Part shown: piece after piece, positions 1-10,130 of the stretch
How positions within the stretch are numbered: position 1 is the stretch's first letter
Layout: each line of letters starts with the position of its first letter
Assembly (NCBI RefSeq): GCF_020745735.1
Contig: NC_083450.1
Coordinates: 4,605,479 to 4,669,478, forward strand
Source of the DNA: Hemiscyllium ocellatum
Lineage: Eukaryota
DNA length: 64,000 bases
Direction of reading: 5' to 3'
Position numbers and translations under genes: made by a program
The notes under the pieces: generated by a model
The model's database searches: none
The model's input: only the letters and a program-made list of their open reading frames with translations
Told to the model about the DNA's origin: nothing

Positions 1-1840
1 AGTAGAGGGGATTGCATAGATATAGGGATGTGAGTGGTCGAGCAGAGATAACACGGGAGGTTATCGGAATCTGATGTGGGTACGGAGATATGATGAGGTA
101 TAGGCACTGGAGACATTCGGGAAAACATGGAGGAAGCTTGGTCCTGCAAGAATTGGCAGAGAAAGGAAAGAGTTTAGGAGCTGGAGGAGGCAATGGAGAA
201 AGGGTGGGAAATGGAGGCTGGAGGAGATGACAAAGATGAAGAGTAGTTCAGGGAATGGGAAGTAGTATAGGGACTGGAGGAGGTTCCACACATAAGGAGA
301 GGTTCTGTCCTTAAAGGAGAATATGGCGAAACTGAGGGTTACCAGAACTGGAGGTAGTCATTTAGATAGGAAGGTGTGTAGCGTCAGGAGGAGGTGGCTG
401 AAATAGGGAGGGGTTGGGCTGGAATTGGTTCTAGAATTAAGGACGGATATAGGGGTTGGAGCAGGTTACAGGAATAGGGAAAGGTATAGGGGCTGGGAAA
501 TGTTACAGATGGAACATACAACATACAGCATTAAAGTGCAGTACATACCCTTTGGCCGTGGATGCTGCACCGACTTGTGGAACCAGTCTGAAGCTCATCT
601 AACCTACCCTATTCCATTCTCATCCATATGCCTATCCAATGAATATTTTAATCCCCTTAAAGTTGGCAAGTCGTGAATTCCACGCCTCTACTGATATAGG
701 GAGGAGTTTAGTAGTTGGTGGATGTTAAAGAGGTAGACGGACGAATTAGGGCTGGAGGAGGTGACAGAGGTTAGGAGGGATGTAGCTGAAGGAAGTCAGA
801 GAGATAGGGATGAGTATCGGGATTAGAGTGGTTAACAGAAAACAGGGACAATGTAGTGACTGAAAGAGGCAACAGAGATAAGGAGATAACAGAGATAACA
901 GCGGTGAGGAGAGGTTGCAGAGATTGGTAGGGGGTTCAAGGGCATTTGGCGATACCTGGGAAATTGGACTGTGACCTGAGGTATTTATAGAGATAGGGGC
1001 ATTGGAGACATTGTCAGAAATCGGGAAGTACCTAGGGTCTGGATGAAGTGGCAGAGATAGAGAAGGGTGTTGGAACTGGAGGAAGGTATGACAATAAATT
1101 AGGGTGGATGTGCTGAAGAAGGCGACGGAGACAGGGCGGTGTTCAGGAGCTGGAGGAATATATGGTAAATAGGTTAACTACAGGGAGTTAAAGAGGTTGC
1201 AAAGTTGGGAAGTGGTGACTTGTCTGGAGGAGTTACAGAGATTGAGAGGGGTTCTGGGGCTGGAGCTGGCTACAAAAATAGGGTCAGGCATAGGGTCTGA
1301 AAGGGAACTGTTGAGTTTTGAGGATCCTGGAATAGGTAACAGAGATAAGAGTTCTATGGGAACTTGAGGAGGTGATAGGGATAAGGAGGGATGCAGTGGG
1401 TGGAGGAGGTTATATAGATAGTGCAGAATGTAATGGCTTTAGGAGATTACAGAAAGATGAACAGGTGTAGGGGATTGTTGATGTGAGTGAGACAGGCAGG
1501 CGTGGAGTAAGTGATAACGTTACAGATTTAGGGAGGTGTATAAGAGCTGGACAGCATTAACAATAGGGATGGGTATGCATAATGGAGGATTTAACTGACA
1601 CATGGAGTCCTGTAGGGGCTAGAGACGTATGCAAGAGATAGAGTTAAAGAAATAAAGAGGGGTATAGGGATTGAAACTATTATACAGTGTTGGAGTGGTG
1701 TAGGGGCTGGAGAATGTTACAGATTGGCAGGGCAATATGAGCTGGATGATGAAAACTGGTGTGAGATTTGGTGTGGGCCTTGAATGCTTGGGAACATGAG
1801 TAAAATGGGGAAATGAGAGAGTCCAGAAGTCAAATAGCAA
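1..1840 (+). repeat. G/A-rich degenerate minisatellite (~36-38 bp unit, approx. GAGGAGGTTACAGAGATAGGGAGGGGTGTAGGGGCTG), copy 1
   Basis: Recurrent words ggttacagagataggga / gtaggggctggagga and strong purine/G skew on +. Overlapping ORFs are low-complexity artefacts. Confidence 0.85.
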
Positions 1841-1844
1841 TAAT

Positions 1845-2510
1845 CCAATTTGGTTGTTTCGAGTGACTCAGTCTATCAAGGTCTGTTTGTGTAAATGTGT
1901 GACGTTTCTGAGAAGGTGAGGGTTTGATGGAACTTCTGCATTTTCTCTCCAGCTCGTGGGTGAAGCCACAGCCGCCCGTGTGATGTTTTGGAGCTGACGA
2001 CTGATGGTGCCACGGGGTGCTGCTGCTGCTGCTACTGCTGCTGCTAATTGCTCAGTGATCAGAGAGATTTCAGTTCCTCTACTGACATGTCCCTGCCAGT
2101 CTACTCCATCGAGCGTGATCGATAACGTTAACTTCAGCCCCTTCACAAACACGCCAAAAACAGTATAACTTCGGCTCTTGGGAGCTGAATGAGTCACTCG
2201 AAACGCCACTAGGTTCCCCAAGACCGAGGGACTGCGTTGCATTCAGCTCATACACAGAGGAAGCCTTTCGACCAAGTGAATCATCATTGGGGTGTGTTTT
2301 AATGGACTGCTAAAGAGTTGTTGTTGTACAGCTACCTCCAAACCAACAAACCTATAATGCAACCGAGGGTTCCATCTCAGATAAAGGAGATCATGCAGAC
2401 TCTCAATCTTGATACACCATTGAGTATAATCAGAGGTCGTTGTTTCACAACTCAATTTTCCTCTCGCAGATCCCTCGACTCACTTAGTGCAAAACGTTCT
2501 ACCCATTACA
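1845..2510. other. Unidentified conserved element X, copy 1 (contains a (CTG)n tract)
   Basis: Aligns by eye with 29635-30262 and 48390-48930 (shared cttcacaaaca, gtttcagttcctc, gtgaatcat, ctacccatta). A minus-strand frame reads ...VFGVFVKGL...GHVSRGTEISL...RNVTHLHKQT. Confidence 0.7.
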
Positions 2511-3331
2511 GGCTTCCATGAGCATAGAGAATGTCATAGAGTCACGAGGATCTGAGCTGAAGAATTCCTCTTCATCTCAGTCTCAATTGGCTGTTCCTGA
2601 AGAATGGAACGTGCACCGTGTTCTCCAACTGGTGTTGTTGGTATATGGGTGTTGTACGTTGCGGTATTGGGATGGAGGGAAGCATTGTCTCTCCATATAA
2701 ACCCTGTAAATCCCTCTCAAATTTTACTACCTTTCAATAGCAGCCCTCTCATTTTTCTAGTTATGAGAGGTTTTACACTCACTCTCCTCAAAGTTAGCCC
2801 CTTCCATTTAAGTCCCAATCCTGGCTGATGTTTTTTGTATCTATTTCTCTAACCAAAGTAGACAATTCCACATTTACGGATATTGATGTCTGTCTACCAC
2901 TTCCTTACCTAACTACTAATTCAGTCTCTATCCTTTGTCAGCCGTTATCTTCCACATCAAAATCTTCTGTCACACAAAGATTTGGATCTTTATCTCCTTC
3001 TTCTGCCGTGTTCTCTTCGCTGATGGTTGCATGATTGCTGATTTAAAATCATTTCAAGGCAGTGGCCAGCAGTGTATTTCCCGTGCCACCATTTCTGATT
3101 CAAAACTCAAATGTTTTCAGAAAGGCATATGATTAATGTTTTGAAAATGCTTGAAGAAATCAATCAAAATTTGAAGCCATCGAATTATAAAGATCTCCAT
3201 CACAGAAAAATACCCTACTGCTCACCATGTCAGACCGGGTCAAAGACGATCCTGTAACTGTTCTAATCTCTTTTTCCAGTACTTTTGATTGACCTGGACA
3301 ATTGGCTGTTTCTGTACATTCTCCAGTGGAC

Positions 3332-3380
3332 ACGTTTCCGAAACTGCATCTTCTATGGGCTTTGCTGCTCCGTGCAAAAG
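3332..3380 (+). pseudogene. IgL cluster 1 leader exon, start codon mutated ATG>ACG
   Basis: 49-nt exon (T)FPKLHLLWALLLRAK|gtcaga, homologous to the leaders at 31991 and 55395. Confidence 0.85.
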
Positions 3381-3443
3381 GTCAGAAATTGCTCTGGATC
3401 ACTATCTAGAAGAAAGTGAGGATTTCTGATGCTGTATAGTCAA

Positions 3444-3640
3444 AGTTGAAAAGTATAGCGCTGGAAAAGCACAGCAGATCAGGCAGCATCCAAGGAACAG
3501 GAGTGTCAATGTTTGGAGCATAAGTTCTATATCAGAAATGACATTCCTCACGAAGGGCTTATGCCTGAAACGTCGATTCCCTGCTGCTCAGATGCTGCCT
3601 AATGAACTCTGCTTTTTCAGCACCATACGTTTCCACTTTG
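3444..3640. mobile_element. Penelope-derived inverted-repeat (hairpin) element in the cluster 1 leader-V intron
   Basis: ctggaaaagcacagcagatcaggcagcatcc ... gatgctgcc...ctttttcagc arms; same family at 19264, 20724, 44320, 51300, 57172. Confidence 0.7.
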
Positions 3641-3731
3641 GATTTACGTTTGTCAGTGAAACAAGACTTGCTTTTTTTTCACAACTGATCCCAAAGATAC
3701 TCAACGTGTCTGTGTGTTTCTTTTATTTTCG

Positions 3732-4053
3732 GTGCCCTACCTGTGCGTGTCCTCAATCAGAGATCAATAGCCGACCCAGTGTCCGCCAGTCAGAGAGCCC
3801 AGTTGTAGTGTATGATGCAGAATGATCGTGTGAGCTACCATGTATTATTGTATTGACAAAGTTTCGAGAAGCCTCAATGTCCGTGCTCACGCATACTACC
3901 GATGATAAAATATACAGGGGCAGCAACATCACTTATCGCTTCCAATATATTCGAAACTCCGCCAGTAATTGTCATATCCACACCATCAGAAATGTGGTCT
4001 CCAGTGCCTCTGTCGTCTATTACCGTGCTATGTTGGCTACCTCAGCTGGTTAT
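3732..4053 (+). pseudogene. IgL type I/sigma-cart V segment pseudogene (cluster 1)
   Basis: Translates VLNQRSIADPVSASQRAQL*CMMQND...LLY*QS[fs]EASMSVLTHTTDDKIYRG...IRNVV...VYYRAMLATSAGY. It has stops, a frameshift, Trp>Leu, 2nd Cys>Arg and a lost AG acceptor. Confidence 0.9.
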
Positions 4054-4081
4054 CACAGTGAGACAGGACAATACAATAACT
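4054..4081 (+). other. V(D)J recombination signal, 12-bp spacer, 3' of V
   Basis: CACAGTG + agacaggacaat (12 nt) + ACAATAACT (consensus ACAAAAACC). Confidence 0.9.
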
Positions 4082-4374
4082 CAGTGTGCTCAAGCTTACA
4101 ACAGCATCACTGACTTGCATGTCATTACCTCCAACAATACCCTTCAGTGCAATTTCCCACAGAGACCAACTGAAATTTGAGGTGATTCTGTCAGATCTCC
4201 ACAGCTGTTCCACCCTGCGCTTTCAGCGCTCTCAGAGATTAGAGGGATTTGGAAATCTCTCTCTCGATTGTGTATCGGTCTGACCCCACACCCTTCTCCA
4301 TCCGAGAAAAGCAGAATGTGAAAAAGTCAGATTTAAAAATTCTTTCCTCCTCCCCTCCCTCCAGCCGTATGACT

Positions 4375-4413
4375 GTTTTTTGATGAGTTGTACCATTGTA
4401 AGATTTCTCTGAG
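4375..4413 (+). other. Degenerate 23-bp-spacer RSS 5' of J
   Basis: GTTTTTTGA + 23 nt + CTCTGAG (consensus GGTTTTTGT ... CACTGTG; heptamer has two mismatches). Confidence 0.75.
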
Positions 4414-4451
4414 AATTACCTTCAGAAGTGGAACTACCCTGAACATTTGGA
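4414..4451 (+). pseudogene. IgL J segment (cluster 1), FGXG motif degraded to FRSG
   Basis: ITFRSGTTLNIW-A|GTAAGT; same donor context as the joined J at 55912. Confidence 0.85.
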
Positions 4452-4619
4452 GTAAGTGATTTTGTTTCTCTTTCTCTATCTCTCTCTTGTATCATTCAGA
4501 GTCGTTCATTTTTTAACCCATTCACGGTCGATCCAGTTCTCTGGACTTCACCAAATAAAGATTTAACAAATTTCTCAACAAATCTAACTCACGTACGCAA
4601 GCCACAATTTTAACATTAA

Positions 4620-7161
4620 TAATTAGTTCATCACTCACGCAATCAATCACTCACTCTCTCTCATACAGGTCAGGTTATGATTTATATTCATAATTCACAC
4701 ACTCGGACAGGTCAGTGTGCTTCATGTATTAATTATTCTCTCGCTGTCTGTCACACACACACTTACACACACACACGCACTCGTCAGATAGATTATATCA
4801 ATATTTCCCTCTCGCAAATAATAATCCTGTTTCTCTCACTGACACACAAAAGTCAGAGGGTTACTTATATCAACCATTCTGCCTCTTCCTCTCCCTCTCT
4901 CTCACACACACAGGTCGACATATTAATGATTCTCTCCCTCTCAGACACACGTCATTTATTTATTTTAATAGTTCTCTCCTACCCACACTCTCACAAAACA
5001 TAGCTCAATGTGTTTTTTCCATTAATAATTTTCGCTCACACACAAACATAGACAGATTTGAGCTCATATGAAAAGTTCACTCACACATCCATGTAAGTAT
5101 TACATTAATGATTTTTTGCTCACACCGACATACACAGGACAGAGTTTTATTTGTATTAATAATTCCCCTTCATCCTCTCCCTCTCCCTCCCCGCACACGC
5201 ACAGGGCATTGTGTTTTTTACATCACTAATTCCCTCCCTCACACAAATACTCATAGGTCGGACATTATACCAATTATTCTCTCTCGTACGCAGTAACAGG
5301 TTAGTAACATATTAATAATTCTACCTCTCACAAAAACACACGTCAGTGTTGATTATATTAATCATTCTCTCTCTCCCTTTTTTCTGGACCATTAAAAAAC
5401 ACATACAAGTCAGGCATTAAATCAATAATTCTCTCTCACATGCAGGTCAGAGCTTTATTTGTATTAATGATTCCTCCTCTCTCCCTCTCTTTCAGACTCT
5501 CACTGATCAGTGTTACATTTCTAATTTTCTCTGGCACATATAGGTCGTTGCTTGTACTTATAATTCGCCCTTTTCACTCTCACTCTCCCTCTCTCATAAG
5601 CACACAGAGATCAGAGATTATATCAATAATTCCCTTTCAAACACAAAGATCAGTGTTACATTCGTAATTCTTCCTCGCACGCAAACACCTTGCAGTCTGA
5701 ATCTTATTTATGTTACTAATCACGCTCTCTTTCTCTAACACAGACACACAGACTCAGACACAACACACACATCATTCAAACACAAACAGTTCGGAGATTA
5801 TATAAATACTTCTCTGTCACACACATTATTACTTCTCTCTCTCAGACATGCACAGATCAGCATGTCATTTACATTATTAAATCTCTGTTTTCCTTTCCCA
5901 TTCTCAAAAACGAGCACACGTCCGAGATTCCATCAATATTTCTTTCTCACGCACTCACAGGTCAATAGCAAATTAATAATTCTCTCCCACACAAAGAAAC
6001 AAGTTATGGTGTTCATTATATTAATAATTCACTCCTCTCCCTCTCGCAAAAAACAAACAGAGGCCAGACTTACATCAATAATTCTCTGTCACACATGCTG
6101 TTCAGAGTGTTAGTTATATTAATAATTCTTTGTCATTCTGCCTCCCTCACTCTCTGACACAAATACATAGGCGCAGAAACACACAGGACAGCCATTGCAT
6201 CAATAATTCTCTCTCACAATAATCTGTCTGTGTTACATTGATAGTTCTCCCTCACAAACACACACAGTTCAGAGATTCTAACAGCAGTTCTCTCTCACAC
6301 ACGCAGCTCGTTCTTGCATTAACAATATTGTCACTCACACAAGCACCCAGATCAGAGATCGCATCAATAATTCTCTCACGGACGTTCACAGGTCAGTGTT
6401 ACATTGCTGTTCTCTGACACAGACACACATAGGTCAGAGGCTTAGTAATATTGATAATTCTCTGTCTTCACTCTGCCCCTCTCACAAACACACAGGTCTG
6501 TGATATATAAATAATTCTCTCACGCACGGACTGAATGTTAATTACATGAATAATTCTCTGTTGCACAAAAACACACAGATCTGAATGTTAATTAGATTAA
6601 TTATTCTCTGATGCTCACATACCCAACGCACACAGGTCAGAGCTTATATCAATGACTCTCTCTTTCGTAGACAGAGATTAGTTTGTTACTTATATTAATA
6701 ATTCTCACTCTCTCACACACACAATCACACGCAAATGCACACACGTCAGAGATTATATCAATAATTCACTCTCAGGTACACTTCAACAATTCCCTCTCAC
6801 CCAGACACACACAGCTATCTCTCTCACACAATCTCTATCACACAAACAGTTAAGAGATTATGTCACTAATTCGCTCTCACATATACTTGTCAGTGTTATA
6901 TTAATAATTCTCTTTTTCTTTATATTGATATGTCTCCATCACAAAAGTATACTGATCAGACCTTACATCAGTAACAATCTCTCACATATGGGGTAATGTG
7001 CTATTAATATTAATGAGCATCTCTCTACGCTCCCCCCTCCACCCCACCGCAGAAAGTCCATTCAGAGATGAAATCGATTATTCTCTCTCATAGATAGTTC
7101 AGAGTTGCAGGGACAATTCTGTCTCACACAGAGAGTAGTCAGGGCATTATTTCTATTAATA

Positions 7162-7208
<47 letters not shown>

Positions 7209-8530
7209 ATTAGTGTAGCTTGATATTGATGATTTTCTCTCTTACAAACAAAACTGGTCAGCGATTGTAACAACATTAAGATTGCTTACAGTGTGGAAAC
7301 AGGCCCTTCAGCCCAACAAGTCCACACCGATCCGCCGAAGCGAAACCCACCCATACCCCTACATTTACCCCTTACCTAACACTACGGGCAATTTAGCATG
7401 GCCAATTCACCTGACCTGCACATCTTTGGACTGTGGGAGGAAACCGGAGCACACGGAGGAAACCCACGCAGACACGGGGAGAACGTGCAAACTCCACACA
7501 GTCAGTCGCCTGAGGCGGGAATTGAACCCGGGTCTCTGGCGCTGTGAGGCAACAGTGCTAACCACTGTGCCACCGCGCCAATAATAATACCCTCACCCAA
7601 TCACCATCTCTCTATCTCTCTCTGTCTCTTCCACACGCACTTATACACACACGCACACTCACATACACACATGTCAGAGGTTATATTAATAAACTGGTCA
7701 GTATTACATCCATATTTATCTTACTTACAAAGATTCATAGGACAGTGATTGTAAGAACAATTTCCTCACACCCACTCACGGTCCAGTGGGATATTAATAA
7801 TTCTCTCTTAAATAGCAAACGAGTTATGGTGTTAATTATATTAATTCTCTCTCCCTGTTTAGATCACGCGCAAAACACACACAAGTCAGAGATTACATCA
7901 ATAATTCTCTCTCACACACACAGGTCAGAGTTACATGAATAATTCTCTCTCAAACATACATAGTCAGGATCCGAGTGCTGCTTATATTAATACTTCTCTA
8001 ATCCCCATCCTCTCTCTCTCCCTCTTCTCAAACACAAATGTCGGTCAATTATTTATATTAACAATTCTCTTTCACATGGAACCATACATAGGTAAAACAA
8101 TTATGTCAATAATTCCCTTCAAATAGAGTTCATAGCAACATTTTTCTCATGCACGCAAGTCGGTTAGTTCATTTTAATTCTTTTCTTACACAGCTCAAAC
8201 TGCTATGTATAAATATATATAAATATTTATCTCCAACAAGCAGGTTCAGAAAGTTATATAATTAAGTCCCGTCTCTGTCTGTCTCACACACACACAAGTT
8301 GGATAGTTACATTAATACTTCATTCACTAATTGACTCTCAGACACGCATAGATTAGACTTTTAGACATACCAATAATTCTCACACACTTATATTTCATAG
8401 ATTAATAATTTCCTGTCTCTATCCCTCAAACACACAACAGTTCAGAATCATATATATGAGTATTTCTCCCTCACATGCGTAAGTCAAAGAATTGTTTTTA
8501 TTCCATGTTATCATCCGCTCTCTCTCTCTC
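4620..8530 (+). repeat. Degenerate ~40-45 bp tandem repeat filling the cluster 1 J-C intron (approx. cacacaggtcagagttatattaataattctctctca)
   Basis: Dozens of recurrences of acaggtcag / attaataattctctc; the same repeat fills 56030-57858. Confidence 0.85.
7285..7579 (-). mobile_element. Shark tRNA-derived SINE (HE1/V-SINE-like)
   Basis: Reverse complement of gtggcacagtggttagcactg...gggttcaattccc...gtttccacactgtaag; near-identical copies elsewhere in the window. Confidence 0.9.
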
Positions 8531-8553
8531 TCTCTCTCTTTGCCCACACACAG

Positions 8554-8876
8554 GTAGTGATGATTGGAAATCTTCTGTCCTTCTGCTCCCTCCTTCGCCG
8601 GAACAAATAGACATGGGGTGAGCCACTCTGTCCTGTCTGGTGAGTCGTTTTACGCCGGGCTATCTGCAGGTGATCTGGAGCGTGGATGAGAAAGAGACAG
8701 ACAACGAGGTGACCTCAAGCGCGGAGTCGCCGGACAGTGATCATAGCTACAGCTTGAGCAGTTACCTGACAGTCCCGGCCACTGACTGGACGAAAGACTT
8801 CACATAGTCCTGCAGTATGAGCACGGGTTCACTGAACTTTACTCTCCTCAACGCCATCAGCTCCAGCGACTGTTAA
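8554..8876 (+). pseudogene. IgL type I/sigma-cart constant exon pseudogene (cluster 1)
   Basis: 323 nt, same length as the intact C at 57859. Reads SDDWKSSVLLLPPSPEQIDMG*ATLSCLVSRF...YSLSSYLTVPATDWTKDFT*SC...SSSDC*, with stops at 8619-8621 and 8805-8807. Confidence 0.95.
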
Positions 8877-9343
8877 CTCTGAGACAAACAATGTCACGGG
8901 TCAGTCACTGTGTGTCATGCGGTGGTTTGCTGTTTGTTTGCGGTTTGCAATGCAACTTCTTCAGCAATGTCAGTATTTGGTGATCAATACTGGGTGAATA
9001 TTGAAAGATGTCAGGAACGGGTGAAATGATTGCTCCAATCAATGAGTGGGGATTTCCTACTGCAATTGTCTCCAGCATTTTGTGTGCAAACTCTCATTCT
9101 GGGTACAATGGGGAGCAATCACACCTCTTCCAACAATAGCCATGCTGTATTTGTCAACTCTATAAACACAGCTCTATCATTGCTGAATATTGAAAAGGGA
9201 CACTCAGTTACTTGGCAGAGAACAGTTTGCCGGTGCAACATAATTACACGGAATTATATCAAATGATGGCATGGGAACATCCATCGATATTATTCGCCTC
9301 ACCTTGGGAGGGAATCAATTTATCTCCCTGCAGGCTCAACTAA

Positions 9344-9640
9344 ATTAGATTAGATTACTTACAGTGTGGAAACAGGCCCTTCGGCCCAACAAGTCCACAC
9401 CGACCCGCCGAAGCGCAACCCACCCACACATTTACCCCTTACCTAACACTACGGGCAATTTAGCATGGCCAATTCACCTGACCTGCACATCTTTGGATTG
9501 TGGGAGGAAACCGGAGCAAACCCACGCAGACACGGGGAGAATGTGCAAACTCCACACAGTCAATCGCCTGAGGCGGGAATTGAACCCGGGTCTCTAGCGC
9601 TGTGAGGCAGCAGTGCTAACCACTGTGCCACCTTGCCACC
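9344..9640 (-). mobile_element. Shark tRNA-derived SINE with (AATCT)n tail
   Basis: Same sequence family as 7285-7579. Confidence 0.9.
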
Positions 9641-10084
9641 CTCTAAAGTTGGGCGATGTTAACCAACTTTTTCATTGTTTGTTGCATAAGCAAAAGACTG
9701 TACTTTATTGAACACTTGGAATTTTAAGAGCCATAATAAAGCAATGTCCCTCAGCTCTCTGTTTTCTTGAAAGAAGTATTCGAGGCTGCTTGCTGTCTCT
9801 GGACGAGTACAAAATCTCAGTTGTGTCGCTGATCTTGTCAATGATAGCCCCTTTCCAAATGTCTTTATACTTTTGATGGAATTGTATGCCCTGGATTCTG
9901 TACCTTTTTGCAGTAAAACTGACAAGAACGCACTGTGTAAACATATGCTGATTCAGGGAACAGCAGAAACTATAAACGGAGTCAAAGGGTGGAAAGCTTA
10001 AATTCAATATATTTATGAATCTAATGATTTAATATATTTTAAAAATGTGTTCCTACTTAAAAGGAACATTCTAACAACATTGGA

Positions 10085-10130
<46 letters not shown>

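Noticed and set aside
1868-2455. Element X as a TNF-family ligand or GGT pseudogene (FGxFVK, GAAGG, PRLH words)
   Set aside because: Motif order is reversed relative to GGT and spacing is too short for a TNF homology domain; left unassigned.
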